63,465 nucleotides of DNA from a virus (IMGVR_UViG_3300027593_000199:1-63465), one strand, 5' to 3'. Shown: positions 9,038-18,605, counted from the first letter of the stretch. Numbers and translations are program-made. Notes: generated by a model not told the origin, from the sequence alone.

Positions 9038-9547
9038 TTAACGCTTGAATACTCGTGAGACATAGTAGTATGCATTAGCATACGTAATCTCTAACTCTTT
9101 AGAGATCAAACCAGCAATCTCACCATTAGCTTTATCTTTGTTAGCATCAAAGATAGCTTTGGCTTTGCCTTTCTTGTCGTTAGTCTTAGCTGGCTTAGCC
9201 TTAGACTTAAACGAAGTGGTAGTAGGACCACTCTCAGATTCAGCGAACACATAAGGCATGTCCGTCTTGATCTTAGCTAACTTGGCGTCAGCAGTCATTG
9301 ATGCAGATGATGCATCATAGCTATCTTGCTTGATAGCTTGTTCAACAAGAGCCTTAGCAAGTACTCGAGCTGAAGCGAGGTCATACTGATCAGAACCACC
9401 TAGATCAGAGATGATAGAGTTAGCATAGCCAAGAGGATCAGCTGATAAACCAATATCCTCTCCAACTTGCTGAATTGCTCTTACAACAGAGTCAGTCTTG
9501 ATACCATAAGTCGAAAGGACTTCTTTTGCATTAATAGTTGCAGTCAT
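9038..9547 (-). CDS. Early protein with basic C-terminal putative DNA-binding domain
   Basis: Has its own promoter and terminator; C-terminus ISKELEITYANAYYYVSRVFK. Confidence 0.7.
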   Translation of the reverse strand: MTATINAKEVLSTYGIKTDSVVRAIQQVGEDIGLSADPLGYANSIISDLGGSDQYDLASARVLAKALVEQAIKQDSYDASSASMTADAKLAKIKTDMPYVFAESESGPTTTSFKSKAKPAKTNDKKGKAKAIFDANKDKANGEIAGLISKELEITYANAYYYVSRVFKR

Positions 9548-9593
9548 GTGTTTCTCCATAATTTAGTTAACAAATCAAATTACTACATTGACC

Positions 9594-9623
9594 ATCTTAA
9601 ACAATAACGGAAATTAAGTCAAC
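9594..9623 (-). promoter_or_regulatory. Sigma70-type early promoter
   Basis: TTGACT-TAATTTCCGTTATTGTT(17)-TAAGAT. Confidence 0.75.
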
Positions 9624-9644
9624 AGCTACATTTCATGCGGCTTT

Positions 9645-9899
9645 TCAGCGATACAATACTAAATTAAGAAGGATAGTTGGAAGCATTTTAGCCGCATTCT
9701 TCATAAAATCACGATCGTTATCGTAATTATCGGGCTCTTCCTTTGGATTTTGTTTGGTTGTACGAATCACAGTTCGTTCAACAATAACGTCTTCCATTAT
9801 GACAGTGCTCTTGGTTTCCTTGTGATCAACTTTTTCTTTGTCACCAGCCCAAACACTAATAGGTATCAAAAATACGAGTAGTCTCAGATATGAAGTCAT
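9645..9899 (-). CDS. Small exported/membrane protein
   Basis: Signal-peptide-like N-terminus. Confidence 0.55.
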   Translation of the reverse strand: MTSYLRLLVFLIPISVWAGDKEKVDHKETKSTVIMEDVIVERTVIRTTKQNPKEEPDNYDNDRDFMKNAAKMLPTILLNLVLYR

Positions 9900-10512
9900 T
9901 TGGATCTTTCACAAAAACTTGGGGTTGATCATTATCAACCGCAATCATAATAACAATCTGCTCAATATCAATATCATATCTTTCTTTGACCATTATAGAA
10001 TAGGCAGTCGATTGAATGAAATAGTTATTGATCCACTTTTCCTGTTTAGCTTTGTTTGCAGTCTTATAGTCAAGTATGGTTGGTTTACCATTGTACAAAC
10101 AAATCAAATCAGAAGTACCCGCTGCTCTCAATCTATCTGAGTACAACGGATATTCGATACCATACACTTCTTGAACATTTAAGTCAACAATTGGTTGTAA
10201 ATCCAGGAATAATGCGGTTGTTGTTGGCATTTTGTTCAAAGCAAAGTCTTCAACATTGCCAACATAGTCTTCCATCATGTTGTGAAGCTTGGTTCCTCTT
10301 GTGGATGCTTTGGTTGATATACGGTTAGCTTCCTCGTGACCGACCTTCTCTCTCCACTTAGCTATACCTTCCTTAGATAGTTCAGAAAGAACAGTAGTAA
10401 CAGATCTATATGCATCACCGTTAGGAGTTACATAATATCGTTTACCATCTATTTCTTTTCTTGGAATTTCTATCTTAGGAAGGGGCTTATGCTCGAAGTA
10501 TTTTGTTCTCAA
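9856..10512 (-). CDS. PD-(D/E)XK exonuclease
   Basis: SVTTVL, RGTKLH, AGTSDLI...ILDYKT, YFIQSTAY. Confidence 0.85.
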   Translation of the reverse strand: MRTKYFEHKPLPKIEIPRKEIDGKRYYVTPNGDAYRSVTTVLSELSKEGIAKWREKVGHEEANRISTKASTRGTKLHNMMEDYVGNVEDFALNKMPTTTALFLDLQPIVDLNVQEVYGIEYPLYSDRLRAAGTSDLICLYNGKPTILDYKTANKAKQEKWINNYFIQSTAYSIMVKERYDIDIEQIVIMIAVDNDQPQVFVKDPNDFISETTRIFDTY

Positions 10513-10514
10513 AA

Positions 10515-10814
10515 TTATTTGCCAAAGTGTTTGTTGAAGACTTGATCAGTCTGAGCTTGCTTAATAGATTTAGTTGCGTGACGATCTGATAGCTGACTAT
10601 TAGGATGAGCATCAGATATCTTTGAGAGTACTTCTTTGAATCCACTATCAGTTTTGATACCACCTACACCACTAACAGTGGCAGGAACATCACCGACATC
10701 AAAGTATCGATCTACATTAGGATTACCAACCAAGTAAGACTCGTAATCGGATATACGAAGACTCACTTCATATATCTCATCCTTGACTCTATCTCTAAAT
10801 TTATAAATGGGCAT
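10515..10814 (-). CDS. FmdB-like regulatory protein (T4-like conserved)
   Basis: MPIYKF...GFKEVLSKI...HP. Confidence 0.7.
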   Translation of the reverse strand: MPIYKFRDRVKDEIYEVSLRISDYESYLVGNPNVDRYFDVGDVPATVSGVGGIKTDSGFKEVLSKISDAHPNSQLSDRHATKSIKQAQTDQVFNKHFGK

Positions 10815-11047
10815 TACTTGGCTGTCCAGGTAGTCTTCTTAGCTGGTGCTTTCTTAGCAACTTTCTTAGCTGGAGCTTTCTTTGGTGGTGGCGGCTCTTT
10901 TGATTGTTCTAGTACTGGATCTTTCTTCACGACAGCCTTCTTTGGAGGACTAGAGTGTCTCTTATTCCAAACCCAGTTAGTGAGGTCGAGGAGTGCACCT
11001 TCAACCCATGCCATAAAACTACTATGCCAAAACCAATTATCTTTCAT
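10814..11047 (-). CDS. Hypothetical protein with Lys/Ala/Pro-rich histone-like tail
   Basis: KKAPAKKVAKKAPAKK. Confidence 0.65.
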   Translation of the reverse strand: MKDNWFWHSSFMAWVEGALLDLTNWVWNKRHSSPPKKAVVKKDPVLEQSKEPPPPKKAPAKKVAKKAPAKKTTWTAK

Positions 11048-11225
11048 CTTGATACTCCTCTTCTCTCTGATTATCTAGTTCATCATAGAACTGTTCATAT
11101 CTTTTATTTTTAAGTGCTCTGTCTATTGTTCTAACAGATCGATCAGTGACTTCTTTCTTGATTGCCTTCGCAACATGGTGTTGTTTCTCATCAAGTGAAC
11201 GAAACTGTTTATTCGTCTTACCCAT
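11037..11225 (-). CDS. Hypothetical protein
   Basis: 62-aa ORF within operon. Confidence 0.6.
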   Translation of the reverse strand: MGKTNKQFRSLDEKQHHVAKAIKKEVTDRSVRTIDRALKNKRYEQFYDELDNQREEEYQDER

Positions 11226-11226
11226 T

Positions 11227-11643
11227 TTAACCCTCTAGTAGTCCAGGATATATTTCATCAACAAACTTCTTGGTGATACCTTTATAAGGTACTTTCTTAT
11301 CTTTTACTGCAGCGATAAGCTCTGCATCTTCCTTATCCAAATTCTCTAGTAATTGAATAAACAGATACTCTCTTCGTGTTGGCTTCAGGTTATCATTACC
11401 ACCCTCGATGAATAGATATAACTTACGAAGCTCACTATACAGTACACTTTGTAAGTCTGGTAACTCATTTGGTTTATATGGAGGAGCACCTTCAGGTAGC
11501 AAGAACTTTACCTTAGGATCAAAGGCATACTTTAACAGAGCTCTGAGTGCTGGTGAGTCGTTTCTTCGAATCCACTCTATCTTGTCAGCTTTCTTCTCTA
11601 TTTCAGAAGCCTTTTTAAGTATTTCAGCTAATCCGAGTTTCAT
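11227..11643 (-). CDS. Conserved T4-like hypothetical protein (typically next to RNase H)
   Basis: LPEGAPPY, RREYLFIQLLE, YKGITK. Confidence 0.8.
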   Translation of the reverse strand: MKLGLAEILKKASEIEKKADKIEWIRRNDSPALRALLKYAFDPKVKFLLPEGAPPYKPNELPDLQSVLYSELRKLYLFIEGGNDNLKPTRREYLFIQLLENLDKEDAELIAAVKDKKVPYKGITKKFVDEIYPGLLEG

Positions 11644-11652
11644 TTCAATTTC

Positions 11653-12501
11653 CTATATGAAGTCATTAATATTCTCGATCAATGATTTAAGTTTATGTTT
11701 CTGTAAATAACCAAGTATATCAACATTCTTCTTGGTACTTGTCTGAGCTGTATATTCATCACCTATTCTATGTTTGATATCCAAAGGAATCTCAAACAAA
11801 TCAATCAGCTTCTTGTTCCTATCTATACCATCCTTGAGCTCAGGAACTTCTCTTAACTGGTCCCAGCTCATATCTAACCACATATCCAACTTATTACTAC
11901 GGACCGGTTTCTGTTTAATTCCATCTACAAAGCTATTGTCAGGAGATAGAGCATTAGGAACACCATCACCAGAGTCACCTCTAATCACAAGCTCTTTAAG
12001 GTATCTAGCTGGATTCTCAACCTGGACGTTTCGTTTTCGGATAGGATCAAATTGAATGATATTATCTCTATGTAGTTGAATAAAGTCTTTATCAGCAGAT
12101 AGTATTATAATATCCTCTGGAATGAATGCACACAGAGTAGCAATGATATCATCAGCTTCACAGTTCTCTACTTGGATAACAGTATAGGGTAAGTTATCTT
12201 TAACCTCTTGTCGAATCTTATTCAAGACCTCGAACATACCAGCCCAATCAATATCACTCTCTTCTCTACTTTTCTTACGTCCAGCTTTATAGTAAGGGAA
12301 GATCTGCTTGCGCCAGTAGTTCTTATCATCACATGCGATAACCATCTGACCGTATATTCTTCCAAACTTCTGTTTGTATAAACGAAGAGAGTTGAGGATC
12401 ATATGTCTAACAAGATCCTCTTCTACTACTAGGTCAGTGTGGTTACCCACTTGCGCCATCAGGTTAGAAATACAAACCTGATTGAAGTCTACGATTATCA
12501 T
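11653..12501 (-). CDS. rnh: T4-type RNase H / 5'-3' exonuclease
   Basis: IVDFNQ, YWRKQIFPYYK, EADDIIA, SADKDFIQL, GDSGDGVPN. Confidence 0.92.
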   Translation of the reverse strand: MIIVDFNQVCISNLMAQVGNHTDLVVEEDLVRHMILNSLRLYKQKFGRIYGQMVIACDDKNYWRKQIFPYYKAGRKKSREESDIDWAGMFEVLNKIRQEVKDNLPYTVIQVENCEADDIIATLCAFIPEDIIILSADKDFIQLHRDNIIQFDPIRKRNVQVENPARYLKELVIRGDSGDGVPNALSPDNSFVDGIKQKPVRSNKLDMWLDMSWDQLREVPELKDGIDRNKKLIDLFEIPLDIKHRIGDEYTAQTSTKKNVDILGYLQKHKLKSLIENINDFI

Positions 12502-13448
12502 TTTGGTTGGTAGTCAATTCTTCTGTGCTCTTTGAGCATTGATGTGAGAAGTCCGATCCACTGCTGTTTTCTATTTTGCCATCCATAGAAAGCGTCAATG
12601 TATGCTTTTTGAGCATTCAGAGTACTCTGTGAATCTTCATGATTATACAATTGAATAGCGTTTCGAGTCAACTCATAAAATAACTTACTATGATCTCTCT
12701 GATTCTCCTGCCATTGATACATCCAGGTCCAGTTAGATGCAGTTTCATACAAAGCAGCATAGTTAGGATGTATACAGAACAAACCAGCTGACATAGCTTC
12801 TATCATACTGATACATGATGTCTCTTGCCAGATATTTGGATAAGCGTAGATGTGTGCTTGTTGAAGTGCAGACCTAATATCTGCATTAGAGACCGTACCG
12901 TGATAGTTAATCTTTGGATGTTGCTTGCATAGATCAAATAACTCTTTGTAGGGTTCATCTCTTTGCTCCCATCCATAGATCTTGAAACTAGAGTATACAT
13001 CTAGCTCAATGTTATCAAACTCTTTGGATAGTTGATCAAAAACAGGTACAAGTATATTCAGACCACGATGAGGAGTGGTGTGGTATATTAACTTGATCTT
13101 ATCTTTGGATTTCTCTACAGCTGGAATAGGTTCAATAGCATTGTGCAGTACAACACACTTGTGCCATGGAAGTCCGTAGTGTTTTTGGTATGCTTGCATT
13201 TGCCAATTAGAGACAAATACAAGTTTATCGAATCGATTCCATCCACCTTGTCTCAGATGTTCTGACTCAGGATCACCTGGTAAGTCATGTAACCAGTAGA
13301 TCTTGATTTTAGTATCATCAACTTCTCTAACTCTCGAAGGAATGATTTGGAAATAGTCAAGTAGATCTTTAGGAACGTTGTTATGTAACGATTCCAACAT
13401 CAACTCTGTGCCACCTTTGGCATTCACTGATAACTCATTAGTTTCCAT
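12498..13448 (-). CDS. GT4 (GT-B) glycosyltransferase
   Basis: GGTEL, WLHD, YHTTPHRGL, YPNIWQETSCISMIEAMSAG. Confidence 0.85.
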   Translation of the reverse strand: METNELSVNAKGGTELMLESLHNNVPKDLLDYFQIIPSRVREVDDTKIKIYWLHDLPGDPESEHLRQGGWNRFDKLVFVSNWQMQAYQKHYGLPWHKCVVLHNAIEPIPAVEKSKDKIKLIYHTTPHRGLNILVPVFDQLSKEFDNIELDVYSSFKIYGWEQRDEPYKELFDLCKQHPKINYHGTVSNADIRSALQQAHIYAYPNIWQETSCISMIEAMSAGLFCIHPNYAALYETASNWTWMYQWQENQRDHSKLFYELTRNAIQLYNHEDSQSTLNAQKAYIDAFYGWQNRKQQWIGLLTSMLKEHRRIDYQPK

Positions 13449-13621
13449 TATTCATCACCACTTACATTCTTAGATTGTTTTGATGATTCGCGTTTAGCTT
13501 TCTCAAAGGCAAGCTGAGCACTAATCATCATGTTCTTAACTAACCCACGTCTATCTTTATCACAGGTAGCAAGTATACGCTTAGTTTCTTTCTTCATATT
13601 GAAAGAGTTTGTTGCTTTCAT
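13448..13621 (-). CDS. Small basic protein (not in ORF track)
   Basis: Read by hand: MKATNSFNMKKETKRILAT...; TAATG coupling at both ends. Confidence 0.6.
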   Translation of the reverse strand: MKATNSFNMKKETKRILATCDKDRRGLVKNMMISAQLAFEKAKRESSKQSKNVSGDE

Positions 13622-14364
13622 TATTTATTCTCCATTTTCTGTAAATAATTCCAAGTATCTTTCCAGTTCTTCACTTTCACTGTGGTCGCCTTACTCTGTT
13701 TCATGTGTATATATGCTTCCTTTAAAGCTATACCCAGAGGGAAATCATTACCTCCATATTCCATCTGATCTCCAAAGAAGTGAACATGAACAAATGGTTC
13801 TGTGAAGTATTGTGCTATCTGGCCTTTGTCCTTACCAGGTTCCATAATATCAATACCAGTCTCACCAGCTACCTGAGCAACAGCAATATCACCAAACTTA
13901 GTATTAAACGCCTCTGCTATCTTTTTACGCTCTTTATATTGACGGTCAAATTCTACGTATTTTTTACGCTGTTCCTTGTCAGCAGCTCGACCTACAACAC
14001 TAAAGTTAACAAGACCTATACGATTCTCTATATGACGACTTGATTTACCAACAAAGAGGCTCTTAAATAGTTGCTCATTTAACCACTGAATTTGAGGGTC
14101 TTTAAGTGTCCATTTACTAGAATACTTCAGGATTCCTTTTGAATAAATAGCATTGCCAGCGCAGGAAAACACTGCGTTGACCGATTCTAATATATCATTT
14201 CCCATCTGTTCTTGGGTTTTAGGATAATCACTACCAGAAGCAAGGTATACTTCTTTTCTACCTTGTTTAATCCACTGCTTAAACCATTCACGGAAAACTG
14301 GATCAATAGGTTCTCTGCTGTCTGTAAGAGTACCATCAACGTCGAAGATGTAAACTTTTTTCAT
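13621..14364 (-). CDS. HAD-IIB phosphomannomutase (eukaryote-type PMM family)
   Basis: FDVDGTLT, SGSD, ENRIGLVNFSVVGR, GETGIDI, FFGD...GGND. Confidence 0.82.
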   Translation of the reverse strand: MKKVYIFDVDGTLTDSREPIDPVFREWFKQWIKQGRKEVYLASGSDYPKTQEQMGNDILESVNAVFSCAGNAIYSKGILKYSSKWTLKDPQIQWLNEQLFKSLFVGKSSRHIENRIGLVNFSVVGRAADKEQRKKYVEFDRQYKERKKIAEAFNTKFGDIAVAQVAGETGIDIMEPGKDKGQIAQYFTEPFVHVHFFGDQMEYGGNDFPLGIALKEAYIHMKQSKATTVKVKNWKDTWNYLQKMENK

Positions 14365-14370
14365 ATATTA

Positions 14371-14378
14371 GATAAATA
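14371..14378 (+). promoter_or_regulatory. Putative T4-type late promoter for the plus-strand island
   Basis: GATAAATA (1 mismatch to TATAAATA) just upstream of 14406. Confidence 0.5.
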
Positions 14379-14405
14379 CTAGTAGTAACTTTAAAAAGGT
14401 AGGAT

Positions 14406-14627
14406 ATGTTATACCATACTCCTGTAATGCCAACTATAGATGATTTAGTAGTCAAAAATCAACAGTTTTTTTGTGAATTCGTTGATTTGAAGCATAATGG
14501 TTGGAATCACTATTCAAAGGCCTTGAACAACTTGACCAATGGCTTTTGGGCACCCTGGCTAAGACAAGCAGATAAAAACGTTGCCACTTTCGCTGATGCA
14601 TTAAAAACAACAATCAAACAAAAATAA
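14406..14627 (+). CDS. Hypothetical protein
   Basis: AGG RBS; first gene of the plus-strand island. Confidence 0.6.
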   Translation: MLYHTPVMPTIDDLVVKNQQFFCEFVDLKHNGWNHYSKALNNLTNGFWAPWLRQADKNVATFADALKTTIKQK

Positions 14628-14637
14628 GGAAATTCAA

Positions 14638-15102
14638 ATGTTCAAAAAGTTACCTTTATTGGTGCTTTTTGTTATGCTTTCATCCCATGCAGTAGCAGCA
14701 GATCCTATTGTAACTGACTCGACTTCAAGAAGCACATCTGAGACTACAACGACTATAAAATCACCACCCCCAACAGCAATTGCCCCTGGTATCAACAGCC
14801 TCAACAGCGATCTATGTGCTGTTGGTGTTTCCGGAGCAGCTCAGACTCAAATCCTAGGTGTTGCTATTGGTTCAACATTCGTAGATAAAAACTGCGAACG
14901 ACTTAAATTGAGCAAATACCTCTATGACATGGGTATGAAGGTAGCTGCTGTAGCAACTCTCTGTCAAGATGAACGAGTATTCTCAGCAATGATGAATGCT
15001 GGTACACCTTGTCCTGTTGATGGTAAGATTGGTCAAGAGGCTAAAGAGATTTGGGAAGCTAATCCTAAACGTCAACCACAAAAAGTAAAGAGTAAAGAGT
15101 AA
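14638..15102 (+). CDS. Exported Cys-containing conserved phage protein
   Basis: Signal peptide; SPPPTAIAP, DLC, NCERLKLSK..LYDMGMKVAAV..LCQD..GTPCP. Confidence 0.8.
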   Translation: MFKKLPLLVLFVMLSSHAVAADPIVTDSTSRSTSETTTTIKSPPPTAIAPGINSLNSDLCAVGVSGAAQTQILGVAIGSTFVDKNCERLKLSKYLYDMGMKVAAVATLCQDERVFSAMMNAGTPCPVDGKIGQEAKEIWEANPKRQPQKVKSKE

Positions 15103-16493
15103 TGAAAAAACTCTTAGCTTTGCTGGCTATAGTAGCCTTCAATGCCTTTGCTACCGATCTAACCGTTGGTCCAAATGGATTGATCAACGGTGAGCTTGAT
15201 GGTAATGCCACGGGTTGGACTCGATCTGGTATGGCTGGTGGCATTGATGGCAACGGTGGTCCAGGCTATACATTTAGTTTTCAGAGTGGTACTATAGCTC
15301 AGACCTATGCTATCAACCAAGCACTTCAAGGTACAGGTATTCAGATTCATGGATTTGATTATGGGTTTGAATACCGATTCAACTGCGGTCAACAAATTGG
15401 ATCTGGTTGTACTAGTAATTCCAAGCAGGATACATTGAACTCCACTATTACCATCACAAGTAGTACAGGAATCTCATTATATTCAAAGTTTTACGGTCTA
15501 GGTTCTAAAAATGCTGCAGATGGCAATAGTGCTTATAATCCAAACTGGCAGAGTGTTGATACACAACAAAGATTTAATAGTCCTTACGATCTAGCTAACA
15601 TGGGTAATTTTACCATGAGTATCACAGGTATGGATGCTGGCTTCTGGGGAGGTAATTACGGTCCTAATGTACGTAATGCATATTCTAAACCAGTATACTC
15701 AATGGATCAATGTACTTCTAATCCGTTAAGCAGTCCTAGCTGTGATGGCTACCAAGCAGCTTATCAAGAACAGCAATGCTCGATCAATCCACTATACAGT
15801 CCTAGTTGTTCTGGATATCAACAGGCTTATTATACACAACAGTGTAATATAAACCCTCTATATGACTCCAGCTGTCCTGGATACACAACAGCATACTACA
15901 ACCAGCAGTGTTCCTTAGACCCATTATATGATCGTGGATGTTCTGGATATAATTCAGCATATATTAAAACCAAAGCCAGTACTGATTCTTCTAAGGATAT
16001 GCAGCAAGAAATAAAAGATAGTGAAGTGAGTAAGGCTATCACACCTCCATCAACAACATCTCCAACTTCAGTAACTTCTTTGATTAGAGAACCAAATCCG
16101 GAAACTCGTATTCCTCCTAAAGAAGAAAAGAAGGTTGAGCGAGTATCTAACCCTGAGATAAGAGAGTTACCTAAAGAGGAGAAGAAAGAAGTACAAACTC
16201 CTAAAAAGACTGCAGATGCCAAACGTCGAGCTGAAGAGGCAATGAAAGCAGCAGCAAAAGCAAGTACTCCTAAAGAAGTAGTTGCAGCCCAGACAGCTAT
16301 AGTAGGTGGTATGGGTTTACTACCTGGCTTTGAGAATTATCAGAACAATAGCATATTAGATGCTCAGTTCTATAAATCAAAAGAAATATATTCAAATCAA
16401 AAGACAGTTGATAACCGTAATGCTCAAAGGTTCCTAAGCGGTGCTAATGATGTTCGCCATCAACTAATGGTGGAAGAACAGTATAGACAATAA
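15102..16493 (+). CDS. Exported protein with beta-rich N-domain, four Cys repeats and charged linker
   Basis: Signal peptide; QCxxNPLYxxxCxGY repeats. Confidence 0.85.
   Translation: MKKLLALLAIVAFNAFATDLTVGPNGLINGELDGNATGWTRSGMAGGIDGNGGPGYTFSFQSGTIAQTYAINQALQGTGIQIHGFDYGFEYRFNCGQQIGSGCTSNSKQDTLNSTITITSSTGISLYSKFYGLGSKNAADGNSAYNPNWQSVDTQQRFNSPYDLANMGNFTMSITGMDAGFWGGNYGPNVRNAYSKPVYSMDQCTSNPLSSPSCDGYQAAYQEQQCSINPLYSPSCSGYQQAYYTQQCNINPLYDSSCPGYTTAYYNQQCSLDPLYDRGCSGYNSAYIKTKASTDSSKDMQQEIKDSEVSKAITPPSTTSPTSVTSLIREPNPETRIPPKEEKKVERVSNPEIRELPKEEKKEVQTPKKTADAKRRAEEAMKAAAKASTPKEVVAAQTAIVGGMGLLPGFENYQNNSILDAQFYKSKEIYSNQKTVDNRNAQRFLSGANDVRHQLMVEEQYRQ
15705..15962 (+). repeat. Four tandem 66-nt (22-aa) Cys-pair repeats
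   Basis: Gln-Cys codons at 15708, 15774, 15840, 15906. Confidence 0.85.
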
Positions 16494-17155
16494 TGGATCC
16501 TATATCTGCCTTTGCAGCTGCTCAGACAGCTCTTGCAATGATTCGCAAGGGAGTAGAGTTCTATAAAGAGTGTAAAAAAGCAAACGCAGATGTAACAGAA
16601 ATAACAACTGAAGTATCAACATGGATTGGTAAGTTCATGGACCACAAAGAGGTGGTCTCGGAAGCAGCTCGCAAAGCAAAAGCAGCATCTGAAACGCCTC
16701 CTGATCCAGGAAAGGCATCATCTCTAAACACTCAGGCTATCAATAATGTGATGATGGAGATCCAGTTAGAGAGTGCAGAAAAAGAATTACGTGAGATGTT
16801 AATATATCAGACACCAGGTCTAGGAGCAGTGTGGACTAGGTTTCAAAAAGAACGAGAAAGACTACTAGCTGTTCACAAGAAACAAAGAGAAGCTGCTGAA
16901 GAGCAAGAACGAGTAGAAAGAATACTTGCAGCAGATAGAGCAAGAGCACGCAAGCTGCAAATAAAAAAGTTATGGGACGATTTGCATTGGGTTGTCATGA
17001 TCATTACATTGGTTGTATTCTACGCAGGTTGTTTATATTTTGTAGTCCAGGATAGGATCAAGTATAGTCCACATATGGGTACTTGCTTCATTCCAAAAGG
17101 ATCACCAGGGTATAGATCTTACAGTGACCTACGTTGGGTAGATTGTGATAATTAA
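16493..17155 (+). CDS. Coiled-coil protein with C-terminal TM helix
   Basis: MDPISAFAAAQ amphipathic start; TM WVVMIITLVVFYAGCLYFVV. Confidence 0.8.
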   Translation: MDPISAFAAAQTALAMIRKGVEFYKECKKANADVTEITTEVSTWIGKFMDHKEVVSEAARKAKAASETPPDPGKASSLNTQAINNVMMEIQLESAEKELREMLIYQTPGLGAVWTRFQKERERLLAVHKKQREAAEEQERVERILAADRARARKLQIKKLWDDLHWVVMIITLVVFYAGCLYFVVQDRIKYSPHMGTCFIPKGSPGYRSYSDLRWVDCDN

Positions 17156-17179
17156 AAACTAAACTAGGAGAGAAGTAAA

Positions 17180-17743
17180 ATGGCCGATAAGGACATCAAA
17201 GAAGAAGTTAAAAAAGGATACGAGCTGAGTATTGCTGGTTTCAAATTAAAGTTAAACAACACTATTCTAGCTGTTGCAATTCCTGTTATCACAACCGTTG
17301 GTGGTGCTATGTGGGGTGCTTTTGAGTTCTACAAAGACTACATGGATATGCGTGAGAAGATTGCTAAGTATGTTGCACCTGATCTATCAGAGTTTGATAA
17401 GCGTTTATCTGTTATTGAAGAAAACAGTCAAAAGACTGCTGACTACACTCGTGATATCAAGAATGATCTCAAAGAAGATATCCGTCGTGTAGAGGCTGTT
17501 GCTGAGCAGGTAGAAAGAGGTTCAAAGCAATCTCAGCGTGAGACTGAGAGTGAAGTAAAGGCCATCAGAAACAATATTAACAGCACTCTTGAAAAGAACC
17601 GTGACGATATGGATAAGATCAAAGCTAACGTTGATAATAAGTTAGACAAGGTTAACAGAGATGTTGATCACAAGATCGATAAGATCCAAAAAGATCTTGA
17701 CAAGAAGATTCAGAATGCTTTAGATAATCCTCTTGCTAAGTAA
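17180..17743 (+). CDS. N-terminally membrane-anchored coiled-coil protein
   Basis: TM ILAVAIPVITTVGGAMWGAF; heptad repeats; C-terminal ALDNPLA. Confidence 0.85.
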   Translation: MADKDIKEEVKKGYELSIAGFKLKLNNTILAVAIPVITTVGGAMWGAFEFYKDYMDMREKIAKYVAPDLSEFDKRLSVIEENSQKTADYTRDIKNDLKEDIRRVEAVAEQVERGSKQSQRETESEVKAIRNNINSTLEKNRDDMDKIKANVDNKLDKVNRDVDHKIDKIQKDLDKKIQNALDNPLAK

Positions 17744-18593
17744 TAAGCCCATCTTCAAACAATAATTTAGTTATACTATCACCAAACTCAGCCTTCTTCA
17801 TATTAGTCGGCTGAGTTTCCTTTTTGGGATAACATATGATGTTAGTCTCATATCTTCTATCTAGGGAATCAGCTGTTGGTACATAGCCGGCTTCCTCCCA
17901 TATATTCACAGTCTGTTTATTGAAGTTGTTTGGATTAAACTTGGTATATCCGTGCCAATAGGGAATATAATCAAGCCTCTTTAACTGCTCTAATAACTCA
18001 TCATCGCCTTCTTTATTATTAAATTCTATATACAATAAAGGCTTATGTTGTTTGAGAAGTTTCTTAGCACCATCAAGTACAGTACTCTCATATCCTTCTA
18101 CGTCCATCTTGACCATATGAAAACGATCAAGATATAAGTATTCATCTAAAGGGACAACATCTGTCTTAATACCAATCTCTGTCTCGTTATTGACCTTGAA
18201 CATCCCAAAATTAACCTTCTCTCCTTCGAATGGATTAATATTAACCATCCTCATTTGATCTCGTTTATTTCCACAAGCTGCATGAACTGGAAGTACGTTG
18301 TAACATCCATTAACAATCATATTCATGCATAGTATCTCATGAATGTATATCTGAGGTTCAATGGCTACTATATTACCCTCACGACACCTCTTAGAGAAAT
18401 AGAGAGAGTGTGTACCAATATTAGCTCCCACATCAAGTACATTACTAGTCTCTGTTAGAATAGTATCAAAGAGATCCATCTCTTGCTGCGCCCACTCACC
18501 AAAGTGATGAACACATGATCCAATAGGATCATCATTGCGGAAAAAGAATAGTCTGCCGTATCTTGAATCGGCTTGGGCCAAATTATTTTGCAT
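17736..18593 (-). CDS. FkbM-family SAM methyltransferase (probable start MQNN at 18593)
   Basis: VLDVGANIGTHS, AIEPQ, KMDVEGYE; the longer start in the ORF track lies inside the tRNA. Confidence 0.88.
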   Translation of the reverse strand: MQNNLAQADSRYGRLFFFRNDDPIGSCVHHFGEWAQQEMDLFDTILTETSNVLDVGANIGTHSLYFSKRCREGNIVAIEPQIYIHEILCMNMIVNGCYNVLPVHAACGNKRDQMRMVNINPFEGEKVNFGMFKVNNETEIGIKTDVVPLDEYLYLDRFHMVKMDVEGYESTVLDGAKKLLKQHKPLLYIEFNNKEGDDELLEQLKRLDYIPYWHGYTKFNPNNFNKQTVNIWEEAGYVPTADSLDRRYETNIICYPKKETQPTNMKKAEFGDSITKLLFEDGLIT

Positions 18594-18605
18594 AATATAC
18601 TTTGT

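Noticed and set aside
231-9623. Repeated GTTGAC..TAATTTCC motifs as a CRISPR or mobile-element repeat
   Set aside because: Irregular kb-scale spacing, a consistent 17-nt gap to a -10, and downstream RBSs identify them as promoters; no cas or transposase seen
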